Part shown: in pieces, positions 22,617 through 36,702 of the stretch
Layout: every line of letters begins with the position of its first letter
How positions within the stretch are numbered: the stretch's first letter is position 1
Origin: Octopus vulgaris
Taxonomy: Eukaryota
Assembly (NCBI GenBank): GCA_951406725.2
Contig: OX597830.1
Location: 11,160,001 to 11,224,000, forward strand
Direction of reading: 5' to 3'
Length of the DNA: 64,000 nucleotides
Translations under genes and position numbers: made by a program
Notes under the pieces: generated by a model
What the model saw: only the letters and a program-made list of their open reading frames with translations
Database searches by the model: none
Told to the model about the DNA's origin: nothing

Positions 22617-24659
22617 TCTCTATATTATAAATCTGAAATGCGAAAAGTTTGTTTGTTTGTTTGTTTGTCTGGTTTTGGCATTGAGAATGGGTTAAAGGCC
22701 ACTAGATCCTGTCGGATTGACTCCAAAATTTACAGGGACATGTAAAATGAGGTGAGGATGCCAGTGGGCTAGGTTAGAAATCCCCATCTTAAAAGGTGTC
22801 GTTGCTAGGGCCAAAAACGCACTTTGACAAGTCGACTCTCATTCTTTTATGTATCTGTCTTTCTCCGTCACTCACTCTCTTTCTATATATAACGTCGATT
22901 CATGGCATCTAACTCCCCTTCACATTCTCTTTATAACGTTGTCAAACAGCATTCTATATCTCCCCCTCACTGCCTTCGACAGCGCTTTCACACTCTCTCT
23001 CTCTCTCTATGTCTGTCTGCATTCATAGACAGAATTATCACCACCACCACCACATAATCATGAGAACAAATATTATGAATCAGATATTTATTGGGTTAAT
23101 TTATATATGTGTGTGTTCTATATATAAATATGTATATTAAACTTTTTAATACTTTTTGACAGTTATATATATTTTTTAAAAATTATAAATATAAATTAAT
23201 AATTTTAATTTTAAATTTAAATAATTTAAATTTTTAAATTTTATATTTATATATTTTGTATATCATATTTTTATTTTTATGTTTTCGTTTATGTTTTTCA
23301 CTGTTTGATTTGCCTAATAGTGGTTTTATCTCTAATTTAATTTATATATATATATAATTTGTATACATTTGTATATATAATGCGTACACACACACACATA
23401 TATATATATAATATAATCCATATTTTCAGCACAACCGACCACATAATGCACACATTATATATATATATATATATATATATATAATGTGTGCATTATGTGG
23501 TCGGTTGTGCTGAAAATATGCACACCTATGTTAAAAATGATGGCGAGTTTGCATGGCAATTTTTTTCCTCAAATGAAAGGCGTGACCTCTAGGACAAAAT
23601 TCCTCATCTTTTAAAATGTGACCCGAGTAGACCCGAATGAAATTGGGTCATATTAACCAAAATGTGAAAAGAGGTCTAAATGGGGCTTGAAGGGGATTAA
23701 AATTTACAGGAACGGGTGTTTAGGAATTCTCTGTTACATGAAGCTAAAAAATTTGCACCAGCCTTTAAATCGTCATTGTGTTGCCGTCCATGATGAAGAA
23801 GTTTTGAATGCTTGCCATGGTGAGTCTACTGTCGTGAGAAAGAATCACTTCAAAGCTTGGTGTTTAGGAATTTTCTTTTACATCAAGTTCAAAATTTTAC
23901 GCCAGCCGTTAAACTGCCACTATGTTACTGTCCATCGTTAAGAAATGCCAGCCATGGTGACTCTTCTATCCTCAGATTCTATCCTTTCAAACTTTGGTTT
24001 CCAATATTTTTTTTTATTTTTATTCAGCTCGCAAGTCCGTCTGTCCCTTTTAAATGTTAGTGTTTTGCTTTCTGCCTTGAAGCAGACCTTTCCGTTGTCA
24101 CTGCCTGATATTTATGATTGATCTTTCAAACTACTTTCTTTCTCAACTTACTCAAGATCTTTTGTTGTTTATAAATGGGAGAGAGATAGATAGAGAAAGA
24201 TAGAGAGTAAGAGAAAGCGAGGGAGAGTCCGAGAGAAAGGAAGAGTAAGAGAGTGGGAAAGGGAGAGAGAAACAAAGAGGGAGAATCATCATCATCATCA
24301 TCATCGTTGAACGTCCATTTTCCATGCTAGCACGGGTTGGACGGTTTGATCGGGGTCTGGGAAGCCAGGAGACTGCACCAGGCTCCAGTCTGATCTGGCA
24401 GTGTTTCTACAGCTGGATGCCCTTCCTAATGCCAACCACTCCGTGATTGTAGTGGGTGCTTTTTTCGTGCCATGGGGTGAGGGGCACTGGCAGCGGCCAC
24501 AATTGGTTGGTGCTTTTTACGTGGCACCGGCACGGAGGCCAGTCAAGGTGGCGCTGCCATCGGCCACATTCGGGTGGTGCTTTTTACGTGCCAAAAGGAT
24601 GCAACAGAAAATAACAACCACACTCTTACCCGCACATAGAGAGGGTCACCTTAAGCTAG
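22617..24659 (+). mobile_element. 2-kb composite non-autonomous Helitron (3' end type B)
   Basis: A|TCTCTATATTATAAA start; ACCCGCACATAGAGAGGGT hairpin and CTAG|T end; body shared with 37250-38110 and 40090-40353. Confidence 0.8.
24286..24592 (-). mobile_element. RTE 3' UTR-family copy nested in the Helitron
   Basis: (ATC)n plus reverse-complement terminal block. Confidence 0.85.
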
Positions 24660-24803
24660 TAATGTATGAAGCCAGAAATTTGTTAAGGACAATGTGTAGT
24701 ATCAAGCATATATTGTGGTCAGTTAAATTTATTCTAATCCAGTTTTGTAAATTTTTAGTCTCTTCATAATGCTATTATTGTGCTTTTCTTTCTTTTCACA
24801 TAG

Positions 24804-24924
24804 AAATCCCTTAATTTCTTAATCAAAAGTCACTGACAAGAACTGCAACATCTTCATGGGTGGAGACTGAGATCAGCAGAGTGAAAGAACAAGAACAAGA
24901 GCAAGGGAAAATCAGAAAGTTAAT
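24804..24924 (+). other. Candidate exon (non-coding or UTR) of a second transcript
   Basis: Long pyrimidine tract + catag acceptor; AAT|gtaaga donor; all three frames contain stops. Confidence 0.3.
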
Positions 24925-25635
24925 GTAAGAATCGGTAAAATTTCTGTTTGGTTCTCAAGGATTTCAAGGAAACAGCAGCAGTTAGTGTAACTAAGCAGTT
25001 TGACATCAAAAATATTTCAGGAATACAATGGTTAATCTTTGTCATCAAAATTTATTTCTAACACGTATGTATTTGTATCATATTGAAAATATCTCTTTTT
25101 ATAAAATAGTTTTGATTGTGAAGTAGCTTTTTGTTTTAAATACTGTTGTTTTTTCAAATATTGTATCCAAAGCACCTCTTCTCATATCATGACAACATTT
25201 TAAAACTGAACATTTGCTGTGTACACTTGTGCTTAAGGCACATTCTTATTTTACAAAAAACATTCTTGACTCAGTACTTGACTTGCATAAACAATACTAC
25301 TTATAAATACTTTTATAAATACTGCTTATATGTGCAGTATTGATAAACACATAATGCTTGGATGAAATTTCCATCAGAATATTCTAAACTGAGCATATTT
25401 CTCCTATAATATATCTAATAAGGTATAAAAGCCATCTCAATATGGCTAACCACAAAGGGGTTGAGATGGCTTTTATACTTTACATTGTCGAGTGATTACT
25501 GTCTACATCTCATTCTGAGATTAAATAATATCTAATAAAATTATATGCAAATAATTTCTTATATAATGATGTGTATATTCACTTTTAAAATGTTCCAGCA
25601 GATTTGAACATGAATATACTATTCTCTGTTGGATT

Positions 25636-26032
25636 TCTTTTTTGGTTGGAAGCACTCCGTCGGTAACGACGTCGAGGGTTCCGGTTGATCCGAATCAACG
25701 GAACAGCCTGCTCGTGAAATTAACGTGTAAGTGGCTGAGCACTCCACAGACACGTGCACCCTTAACGTAGTTCTCGGGGATATTCAGCGTGACACAGAGA
25801 GTGACAAGGCCGGTCCCTTGAAATACAGGTACAACAGAAACAGGAAGTAAGAGTGAGAGAAAGTTGTGGTGAAAGAATACAGCAGGGATCACCACCATCC
25901 CCTGCCGGAGCCTCGTGGAGCTTTTAGGTGTTTTCGCTCAATAAACACTCACAACGCCCGGTCTGGGAATCGAAACCACGATCCTATGACCGCGAGTCCG
26001 CTGCCCTAACCACTGGGCCATTGCGCCTCCAC
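25636..26032 (-). mobile_element. tRNA-derived SINE family IV
   Basis: Near-identical to 32836-33230; TSD CTGTTGGATT at 25626-25635 and 26036-26045. Confidence 0.9.
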
Positions 26033-26322
26033 ATTCTGTTGGATTACATCTTTGGAGAACAAATGATATGTGTTGATACCTGTGTTTTGGTATGAATATA
26101 GTTAGTCAGAATCATTGCTAAGGACTCTAAGGGTAAGCAAAAATAGTTGTTCTTATTTATAGAATTCAGAAAACAAAATATTTTCTGATGTAAGCTATGT
26201 CTTGGATCTGATACCAAATTATTGTGAACTAGCAAAACAGTAAGAACCAAAACAATAATGATTTGAATATGCCATTTGTTGTTGGGTTTCATCTTGGAGG
26301 ATAACTCCCTTTAAATGATGTA

Positions 26323-26748
26323 TACTCTTTACTCTTTTACTTGTTTCAGTCATTTGACTGCGGCCATGCTGGAGCACCGCCTTTAGTCAATCGAGCAAAT
26401 CAACCCCGTGACTTATTCTTTGTAAGCCCAGTACTTATTCTATCGGTCTGTTTTGCCGAACCGCTAAGTGATGGGGACATAAACACACCAGCATCGGTTG
26501 TCAAGCAATGCTAGGGGGACAAACACAGACACACAAACATATACACACACACTTATATATATATATATATATATACATATATATGACAGGCTTCTTTCAG
26601 TTTCCGTCTACCAAATCCACTCACAAGGCATTGGTCGGCCCGCGGCTATAGCAGAAGACACCTGCCCAAGATGCCACGCAGTGGGACTGAACCCGGAATC
26701 ATGTGGTTGGTTAGCAAGCTACTTACCACACAGCCACTCCTGCGCCTG
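26323..26748 (-). mobile_element. tRNA-derived SINE family III with internal microsatellite
   Basis: Reverse complement of 63381-63779; (GTAAAAGA)n tail. Confidence 0.9.
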
Positions 26749-27395
26749 TTAACAACTCATACCGTTCAGTAAATTGTTTGCTGAATTCTATAAATAGGAA
26801 CGGTTGCTCTTGTTCAGACCCAGAGTTCTGGGCTTGTCTCCAGCTGAAAGGGTTCGGTGATGTTGAAACACCAGTGTCTCAATCAATCCATTACATCACT
26901 GAATTGTGTATGTTGTCAAATGCATTGTATAAAGAGAGAAGTTGTTCTCAGAAAATGAAACCCAATAATCGGTACTGCTTCCATATGGTACTATAACAAT
27001 ATTTGGTAACAATTTCCTGTATTGTCAATATAATATTCAAACAGTTTGTTTGCCCACTATAAATAGTGGAATTCAAAATTCTTCTGTTATTAAAGACAAG
27101 CGGATCTCCATGTCTGTCTGTTACAACATCAATAAGAGGGAAGGAGGGAAAGAATGGGAAGAATCAAAATATATGCCACAATGTATTTTGAGAGAGGGAG
27201 GAGAAAAAGTTGATGTTGAGATAGAAATAGAGTTGTGTGTATGTGAAAGAGAGAGAGAAAGAGCATGTGTGAAAGATAGATAGATGGAAAGAGAGAGAGA
27301 GAGAAATAGTGTTGCCACCATAGTCTGTTAGAGGGAGGAAATAGGGGGAGGAGAAAAAGTTGATATTGAGAGAGAGAAAGAGAGAGAGAGACTTT

Positions 27396-27431
<36 letters not shown>

Positions 27432-27750
27432 AAAATTAATTGTTATCGCCATATTAATATGGCAATCTTATAGATATAAGACTAAAAGCTGTCACTGATT
27501 AGCTCCATGAGGTGATCGCCTTAAGATAGCTATTTGACACACAAACTGTCGTAATCTCTTTTAGAGAGACTTAGTAATTTTAATATTTCTATTATATATA
27601 TATATATATATATATATAAATATATATATATGTATATATATATATATCTGGTTCACCAGCCCTCAGTCAAAATTGTCCAACCCATGCTAGCATGGAAAGT
27701 GGACATTAAATGATGATGATGATATATATATATATGTGTGTGTGTGTATA

Positions 27751-28974
27751 CAGGCATACCTTGGCTTAAGGTGTTTCGATTTAAGTCGTTCTCATTATAC
27801 ATCGGTTTTCAAACCTAATATATGGAAAAAAAAATCAAGTTAAGTCATTTTACTCAACTTTACGTCTGTTCGCCATGAATATAGGAATCGTAAAATCATT
27901 AGAAAGCAATTAAAAGCACATAAAATCATGTTACTGTACAATAAATAAGAATAAAAGCATATAAAATCATATTAAAATACGTACAGTAAATGTTAAGATG
28001 CACACCATAAAGTAGTGTAGCTTAGTGAATGAAATCATCTGTGCTGTCTTATCTATTGGTTTTTCAGAGCTCATATTGCACTGTTGTTCTAATATCCACT
28101 GTAAGGCATCGTTATCACTCATGATTCCTGCAATTGTTTTGTAATCAGATTTGCTTACGTCTGTTTATTGGCTATTTTCTCATTCTCATTCATTAGTGAC
28201 TTTAATTTTTGCTCCCATGGCTCCTAAGAAAATTCATAGTGAAAGTGCTAAGTGTTATGCTATAACACTGGAAGATAAACTGGCTGTGATAAAACACCAT
28301 GTAAAAGTTGAAAAAGTGGTAGCAATTGCACTATCTTTTGGGATGAGTTGGACAAGTGTATCGACGATTGTACATAATAAGGATAAGATTTTTGCACATA
28401 TCAAATCTGAAGCCCCAACGATAAAGAACACTGTCATCAATAAGAAAAGAGGTAAAATCTTTAAAGAAATGGAAAATCTTTCTCTTTGGATTGTTAGGTT
28501 GAATCGTCAGCGTGATTAGTCAAGAAATCATTCAAGAGAAAGCATTGTCTTTGTTTGAGGATCTGAAGAAAAAATATCCAGATGAGAAAGATGTAGGGTT
28601 CCAGGCAAGTCAAGGATGTTTCATGAGATTTAAGGAGCAAAGAAGTTATCACTCCGTTTAGAAGCAAAGTGAAAGTGCATCAGCTGACGAACAAGCAGCA
28701 GTGGAATTTCCTAATGCATTAAAGAAAATCAGCGAAGAAAACAGGTTTCTTCTCAAACAGATTTTTAACGAAGACGAAACTGGATTGTATTGGAAAAAAA
28801 TTGCTCAACCATTCATTCATTTCCAAGGAGGAGAAAACTATTCCAGGTTACAAGGTCTCAAAAGAACGTGTGACAAGTAAATCCAGTCTAGCTTAGCTTA
28901 GCCTAGAGACAAATTAATTCGACTTAAGTCGTGTCTCCTGGAATCAATTAACAATGTGGAGGGATGTATGCCTG
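27751..28974 (+). mobile_element. pogo/Tigger DNA transposon, decayed and internally deleted
   Basis: TA|CAGGCATAC...GTATGCCTG|TA; MAPKK...ITLEDKLAVI...STIVHNKDKI (HTH), FQASQG, QIFNEDETGLYWKK. Confidence 0.9.
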
Positions 28975-29785
28975 TATTTATATGTATGAATTTATTCTAA
29001 TTCCAATTCATTTTAAGTAAATATCTTATTGAAAATTGTTTAGAGTTAAATACTTTAAGGCCGTTTATCCCAAACCTCAATAACTTTTCTTTCAGTTTTT
29101 CTTGCTGCTGTATATAACCACAGAGCCTCTTGCTAATATTTACCACCTGATCCAACACCCTTAAAGTTCGTTACTTTGATTTGTTTTTGCACTTAGCGAC
29201 ACCGCATTTTTGTCTTTCTTTCACCCTCTCTCCTTAAATGTCCCTAGAGTTAAATATTCTGTTTCATTATCAGTACATAACATCACTGCCCTCTCTCTGT
29301 CTCTGAACATCCCTAAAGTTATATATTTTGATTCATTGAACCTTTGTAAAGTACACTATCTCGATTCTTTCACATTCTCTCTTTAAACCTTCTCTCTCTC
29401 TCTCTTTCTGTCTCTCTCTCTCACCCTCTCTCTTTCTCTCTCTCTTCCTAAAGTTTTATCTTTTGTTTTGTTAATCTGTGTAAAGTACACTATTTAGAGT
29501 TCTTTTAGCGCTTAGCAATACCCTTTTCTCTCTTTCTGTCACCTTGTTATAGACTTCCTTATTTCTTCCCTACACATAATGACCCCTCTTGTTTCAGACT
29601 CCTTATTTCATATTTCATCTCTCATTGAACTTTCCTTTTCTTTCTCTCTTCAACACAAATTTCCTTTTACTCCCCACTGCACATCTACGGATCTTTTGAA
29701 CTCCTACCTGTGCTTTTATTGGCAATAATTCCACTCTCTCTCTTCCTCACCTTTTATTCTTCAAAAAGGCAACAGATGGACACCA

Positions 29786-29973
29786 ACATCATCATCATCA
29801 TCATCATCGTTTAGCGTCCGTTTTCCATGCTAGCATGGGTTGGACGGTTCTACTGGGGTCTGTGAAGCCAGAAGGCTTCATCAGGCCCAGTCAAATCTGG
29901 CAGTGTTTCTACGGCTGGATGCCCTTCCTAACGCCAACCACTCCGTGAGTGTAGTGGGTGCTTTTTATGTGCC
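29786..29973 (-). mobile_element. RTE 3' UTR-family copy
   Basis: Closely matches the reverse complement of 45115-45302. Confidence 0.85.
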
Positions 29974-30742
29974 ATAAATTTATACAGAGTCAGATTGAGG
30001 CAAACAAAAAGCAAAAGCTGCATTAAAACTGGCAATTCGACGAGCTCCGTCTTTTTATTCAAGTATAGAGCATGAGTAAGGGCTTTCTATCCAGTAACCT
30101 AATAGCGGTGGCCTTGAAGAGCTATGGTTTCAGTAGGACTATGGCACAGATCGTGTGAATGAAACAGGAGTTCATATGCTCCTATGTTCTTGTCAAGCCA
30201 CATCTCGACCTACTAGAAAACATAATGAAGAAAACAAATGAAGTGTTCAGTGACGACCCTGCATATCTTGAAACCAATGAAGGACAAACAGATGCTATAA
30301 AAAAGCAACTGTGAACACCACCAGCCCTCAAAACAGCACTGAGAGCAGCTACGGCTTCAATAAGAACAGCCAAAGCTGGACTGTGGTGAAAAACGGAGGT
30401 GGACAAAAAACTGACATGGCCAGGAAAACTGATGCTCCCAAGAAGGACAAGAAAACAGATAAAAACCCAAAACACCAAAAAGGAAAATGAAGAAGCACAT
30501 GGACAGAAATGAATAGAACCCAGGTTGTATGTAAATTTTACTTAAAAGGCATCTGCTGGCCTGGAGAGAGGGCTGCAGATTTGCCCATCTCCAAATCTTA
30601 TCAGAACAACAAGCAGGGTAACCAGCTGAAGCAAAACCAGCAAAAACAAAGAGGGCAATCATCAAGCATGGACCTGCAAGCTAATAGTGCATGAACAAGA
30701 AGAAACAAGTCTTAAAAGAGTAGGAAAAGAGATCACTGCATG

Positions 30743-30983
30743 AACTGGGTCGGGAATGAAATTTGATTAGGGGGGTGCAAACCCAGGTCCAAAAATATTT
30801 ACAAACAAGGTCTTTTTTTTTTTGTTCTTTGAGAAGGAACCTAACTTCAAGCTACTTTTTACACATCTCTTTTTATTTACCATTTTCTAAACCTGGGGAA
30901 AATAAGTAGGGCTGCAGATTTTGGTTCTGCACTCCACAAAAATTCTAGGGTGTGCATTTGCACCCCCTGTTCTCGGGCCCATA
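30743..30983. mobile_element. Short DNA-type insertion with 8-bp TSD
   Basis: ACTGCATG at 30735-30742 and 30984-30991; GGGGGTGCAAA / TTTGCACCCCC subterminal inverted motifs. Confidence 0.55.
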
Positions 30984-31518
30984 ACTGCATGCACTCTGCA
31001 CCCTTCAAAAGGCAATATGCAGAGACTGTACAAACTGCAGCTATCAAACAACAGTCTTATTTTCATATGGCTCAGAGGATAGTCCAGCATCTGACATGGA
31101 TGCACAGGTTACAAAGTCAAAGCCATACATTTCAATGCACAAGACTGCCTCGGGTGAGAGGCCCAGAACGGCCACCTCTAACCCCTACCCAGATATTGCC
31201 TCCATATTCCTACTGAACATCAGAGGCCTACTAAAACTCAACAACAGAGGTAAAATTCTTTATCTAAAAGTGTTTGCTGCATGTAATCAAGAAATATGCA
31301 TAGCACTCACTGAAACGCATTTAAACCCCTAATATAACAGGTGCAGAAGTACACATACCAGGGTATGCAGTATTTCATACAGAAGAGAAAGAAGCCATGG
31401 CGGAGTTGCTATTTACATCCATGAAGATGTTACAACTCTCCTATTACTCTCACATTCAAATTCATTTGTGACAACTTAATAATACATATAAAACAAGTTG
31501 ATGCACTTGTATACACAA

Positions 31519-32015
31519 CTAGCAGTATCGCCCGGCGTTGCTCGGGTTTGTAAGGGAAATAACTATATAAGCATTTTTAGAGAGTTACTTCCCTTATATA
31601 ATAGCAAAAAAATGCATTAAAATGGAAAAAAGTGATGATAAATTTTTTTTAAATCGTAGACATTTTTAGAGGGTTACTTCCCTTATATAATAGCAAAAAA
31701 AAATGCATTAAAAATGGAAAAAAATGATGGTAAATTTATTTTTAAATCGTAGACTCATCGTAGACATTTTTAGATGGTTACTTCCCTTATATAATAGCAA
31801 AAAAAAATGCATTAAAAATGGAAAAAAATGATGGTAAATTTTTTTTTAAATCGTAGACTCATCGTAGACACGTGCTAATACCCAGAAGGGCTCGATATGA
31901 ATCACGACTATAAGATACCCGGTTTTGGTTAAACTGCACCGCAAAATGTGGGAGTAGTTAGGAATCTAAATCATAGGAGACAGACAGCACACAACCTCTC
32001 TTTTATATATAAAGA
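31519..32015 (-). mobile_element. Non-autonomous Helitron family A with internal tandem triplication
   Basis: Reverse complement of 5307-5687 with TC/CTAG ends; an 80-90-bp internal unit present three times; interrupts the LINE APE domain. Confidence 0.85.
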
Positions 32016-32356
32016 TATACTGTTTGCCAAATACCGTGAAATATGAAGGCAAATTTGAGGATTGTCTCAACCACATAGAAGTGGTATTGACAAACCCAGA
32101 TCAGCACATCGATATACTGCTACTAGGTGACTTCAAACTCTCAGATGTTAAATGGCCAGAAGGCTACATCCTTTCTGGGATGTTGCTGCATAAGAAAAAA
32201 AGATGCTGGGGCTCTCTAATATGCTGTTCATGAAACAAGTGATACTCACACCAACCAGGGGAAACATCTTCATATTTCACGGTATTTGGCAAACAGTATA
32301 TTGAAACAGTTGCTTGACCATTCAGATGTTAGTGGGATATAACTTGACTTCATTAT

Positions 32357-32389
<33 letters not shown>

Positions 32390-32835
32390 TGGCTCATAAC
32401 ATTTATTGGTCTTGAAAGGGTGAAAGGCAAAGTTAGCCAAGGTGGGATTCGAACTCAGAATATAAAAAGACCAGACACTACCAGTTAACCTATCCAATGC
32501 TCCAACATCATTATTGATGCTAACAGTGGATTCATTGACCAGGTGTGATAAAAGGGTTCTCATGATTATTTGTACCGTTATTTGATAAGGTAGACCATGT
32601 CATGATATGTCATAAGCTGCAAGGGCTTGGCACTTTTGGTAAACTGGGAGAACAGCTGCATGACTTCCTTAAAGACATTTGTAGCCAACAGTGCCCTTTC
32701 TGAGAAAACTCAAATCCTAAGTGGCATCCCCCAGGGGACTGTTCTGGGGCCATTACTTTAAATCACAGTTAGTCAGTGATGTCATTTTGATGTCAGTAAA
32801 TAACAGTTTGACAATGAGGTCATAATTGTAAGTTA

Positions 32836-33230
32836 GGCGTGGAGGCGCAATGGCCCAGTGGTTAGGGCAGCGGACTCGCGGTCATAGGATCGTGGTTTCG
32901 ATTCCCAGACCAGGCGTTGTGAGTGTTTATTGAGCGAAAACACCTAAAGCTCCACGAGGCTCCGGCAGGGGATGGGGGTGATCCCTGCTGTACTCTTTCA
33001 CCACAACTTTCTCTCACTCTTACTTCCTGTTTCTGTTGTACCTGTATTTCAAGGGGCCAGCCTTGTCACTCTCTGTGTCACGCTGAATATCCCCGAGAAC
33101 TACGTTAAGGGTACACGTGTCTGTGGAGTGCTCAGCCACTTACACGTTAATTTCACGAGCAGGCTGTTCCGTTGATTTGGATCAACCGGAACCCTCATCG
33201 TTGTAACAAACGGAGTGCTTCCAAAAAAAA
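32836..33230 (+). mobile_element. tRNA-derived SINE family IV
   Basis: A-box TGGCCCAGTGG, B-box GTTTCGATTCC, A-tail; TSD AATTGTAAGTTA at 32824-32835 and 33231-33242. Confidence 0.9.
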
Positions 33231-33352
33231 AATTGTAAGTTAATAGCATGTAAATAGTAAACTGGAATATTGTGATTCTAAGATCAGTAAATATTTACCT
33301 GTTAGGAAATGATATACCTCTGACCATCTTGATTTTTATTTTTCCTTTGCAG

Positions 33353-33403
33353 TTTTGCTGGCAATTGCAGACTGCCAGTTGTCAATGTTGTCTAGAGAGA
33401 GAG
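33353..33403 (+). other. Candidate 51-nt exon
   Basis: ttttcctttgcag| ... GAG|gtgagt, both sites near consensus. Confidence 0.4.
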
Positions 33404-34419
33404 GTGAGTTTTCAAATTTTCCTTCACTAAACAAAATACATATTCTGCAATGAAATACATTATAATGTTTTTGCTATGTTATCAAATATTGCATTTTAGT
33501 GAAGTATGGGTATTGTAGATAGAGAACATTTGGTGAGCAAAGGCAAAAGTTCATATGTACCATAACTCCCAATGCTTTTGCAGAGTCAGTGCTACTATTA
33601 GCATTTGGAATACTGGAATGGATACTTGGATAAATCTAAAATTTAGTCATCCAAACTAAAAGGAGACTAACAACTACTAGCATCTTCCACAGTGATATGG
33701 ATAGGATCTACATTAAATCGAGTAATGGAAGCAGATGCATGAGTTCAAAGAGCCTGTAAGTCTTTGAAAATAATGGTTTCAAATTTTTCCACTAGACCAG
33801 CAATTTTTGAGGGGAGGGGGAAGTCAGTTGCATTGACCCCAGTGCTCAAATAGTACTTATTTTATCAACAAAGTCTGTGAAAAGAATAGCATCATGCGAT
33901 TAGGTAAATAACTGCTGAACAGGTAGATTGCCAGAATACGAAAATGGTGGAAGGATGTATTCTGATTTTCCTTTGATGTCACCATGATCAGTGCGTACAT
34001 TTCGCACAAGGAAGCGCCAGTTGGGCTCCACCCTAAACTGCTGTCTCACCTGGATTTTCATGTCAAGGTCTCATCAACAACTTTTCATCCAGGAAACGGA
34101 ATCCCATATTGATGCTGAAGAAGTCATCATCGAGAGCCCAACATGTTATGAGCCAACCAAAATCCATCCCAAGGGAGGATTACGGAATTGTGTGGGAATG
34201 CAGACATTGTGGAGTGGCACTTGGCAAGGACAGTGAATGTTTTGCCACATTCCACAATTACCAGCAATAGTTTTGTTCCTCTTTGAATGCATTTCAAAAG
34301 GATGGAGCAACTTACCTGTGCACACCTGTAACGATGTCACCGACAATATCAAGGACAACAAACCAAAATTCAGTCAGTATATGCATGAGTGTCAGAACAT
34401 AAAAAATAACAACTAATTA

Positions 34420-35190
34420 ATCAATAATGTATTCGCCCTTGTTGTTTACAACTTCTTCCCAACGTTCAACAAGATTTTCAATATCTCGTTGGTAGAAATC
34501 ACCTGATTTCAACTTGAAAAATTAATCCAACCAAGCTCTCAATTCTGCATCAGTTTTGAACGAAACTCTGTGCATAGCATTTGAAAGAGATCAAAAGCGG
34601 TGAAAATCTGTTGGTTCTAAATCAGGAGAGTACGGCGGGTGTGGCAGCACTTCACAGCCATGCGTTTGAATGGCTTCCCTGGTCATATTGGCAATATGAG
34701 GGCGGGTGTTGTCATGCAGCAGAACTCCATGCTGCCGATTAGGTCTTTTCTCTTGAATAGCCATGTTGAGTCGTTCCATCCGTTGAACATAGAGTTCTGT
34801 GTTGAACATTTGGTTCCGTTCAAGCAATTCAAAATGGATAATCCCTTCTCTGTCTCACCATACACACAACATCGTTTTATGCGGACGAAGATCTTGTTTC
34901 ACATGTAGTGTTGCCGGGGCTTGTTTACCAGGGCTAAGCCGTTCCTTACGCTGCTTCATATTGATGTACAGGCACCATTTTTCATCACCAGTAACGATTC
35001 GGTGAAGAAATCGTTGCTTGTGTCCATGAGTTGAGTAGTGACAAGCAAGCAAACCAGTGGAGATTGTGGCTCATTGATTTTTGTTGTTGTCACTTAAAGC
35101 GTGCGGAACCCATGCTCCATACTTCTGAAGCTTTCTCATCGAGTGAAGATACTTCTCTATAGCAAAGTGGGAGCATTCCGTTTTCTCTCG
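34420..35190 (-). mobile_element. Mariner transposase pseudogene fragment
   Basis: FLHRIVTGDEKW, LLHDNTRPH, HPPYSPDLEPTDF motifs; frameshifted. Confidence 0.9.
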
Positions 35191-35605
35191 CAGTTCAAAG
35201 AAGTCTTTAATTTGTATAAAAAATACTTAATTGCCTAAAGTAAATATTTAAAAATATTATATTTTCGATGTTCATAAGCTGTTTTTTTTATAAGATTATT
35301 ATTCATTTACTTATGATGTGTATACAATGTAGATACTTTCTTATATAAAATATTTGAAAATGTCTTGCTTTCGATATTATTCATTTATTTATTATTTGCA
35401 TAAAAGTACTTCCTTACTTAAATAAAATATTTGAAAAGTCATGCTTTTGATTTCTACACACCTGTCTTTGTTTTATTAGATTGCTTATAAATTACTTAGG
35501 GGATAACATAACTTAAAAAAAAGAAAATAATTTGCTCAATGTGGCCTCCATGAAGGATGATGAATTGTAATGTGGCCTTTATGCACAAAAACGTTCCCCA
35601 TCTCT

Positions 35606-36075
35606 GGGTTTGATGGTTCAACTAGGACTGGTAAGCCAGGGAGCTGTATTAGGCTCCAGTCTGATTTGGCTCGGTCTCTATAGCTGAATGCCTTTCATAA
35701 TGCCAACCACTCCAAGAGTGTAGTGGGGACCTTTCATGTGTTACCAGCACGAGTGCCTTTTACTGTGATTTCACTTGCCTTGATGTGTCTTCTCAAGCAC
35801 AGCAAATCACCAAAGATTTCAATCACCTGTCATCGCCTTCATGAGACTCAAATTCAAAGAACATGCTTCACTACAGTCTCATGTCTTCCTGGGTCTACTT
35901 CTTCCATAGTTTCCCTCCACAGTTAGAGATTGGCACTTCTTTATGCAGCTGTCCTCATACATACACATCACATGACCAAACAGGCAATCTTCTGTCTTGC
36001 ACATCACATCTGATGCCTCTTATGCCAAATTTTATCTCTCAAAACACTTACACTCTGTTGTATGTGCACACTGAT
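35606..36075 (-). mobile_element. 5'-truncated RTE LINE (C-terminus + 3' UTR)
   Basis: Minus strand GRSRPRKT motif contiguous with the RTE 3' UTR block. Confidence 0.7.
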
Positions 36076-36646
36076 ACATACATATATATATGAATAATAT
36101 ATAATCGATTGATTAGTTTTCTACATGCTAGACCACTTGTAGTAAAAATAAAAAATTTTTTTTTACCTTAAAAATAAATATTTAACATAATAAATGGGTT
36201 GTATGACATAATCCTAATGTTTTAAATTTCTAATTTAGATAATAGAGTTTTTTTTAATTAGAAAAATTATTATTTTATTCATTTCTTAAAAAATATTGTT
36301 TAACTCTATTTGCTTATTTATTTAACTATTATCATAACCTGAAGATTGACTATAATTTTAGTTTGAATTTATTTCAATTGAATTTAAACTTAATTGTAAT
36401 TCGAATTTAATTATAGCCTTGAAACATACATAGTGTTTTTACTTATTATATTATATTTATCATTCTTTTTATACTTTTGGGGGAAAAAAATTAAAATATT
36501 TTAAAAATTTATAAAAAATTTTAATTTTAAATTTTATATATATATTATATATTATATTATATTTATATTATTTGTTATTTATGTATTGGTTTATGTCTAT
36601 CACTGTTTGAGTTGCCTAATGGTGGTTTTATCTCTAATTCATATTT

Positions 36647-36702
<56 letters not shown>

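Larger units (their letters stand above)
30000..32760 (+). mobile_element. Decayed CR1-group LINE (ORF1 remnant, APE and RT fragments) with nested insertions
   Basis: VCKFYLKGIC (CCCH-like), LLNIRGL, IALTETHL, GGVAIYI, LLGDFKLSDVKW, SGIPQGTVLGPLL. Confidence 0.8.

Noticed and set aside
32839-32915. tRNA gene
   Set aside because: Has A/B boxes but no proper cloverleaf, and continues into a SINE body with A-tail and TSD
33890-34345. Coding-like GC-richer segment
   Set aside because: No recognisable motif or splice-bounded open frame; probably an old TE fragment that I could not classify
36335-36380. CTGAAGA...GAAT possible decayed hammerhead
   Set aside because: GAAA not intact and stems I and III not evident in very AT-rich DNA
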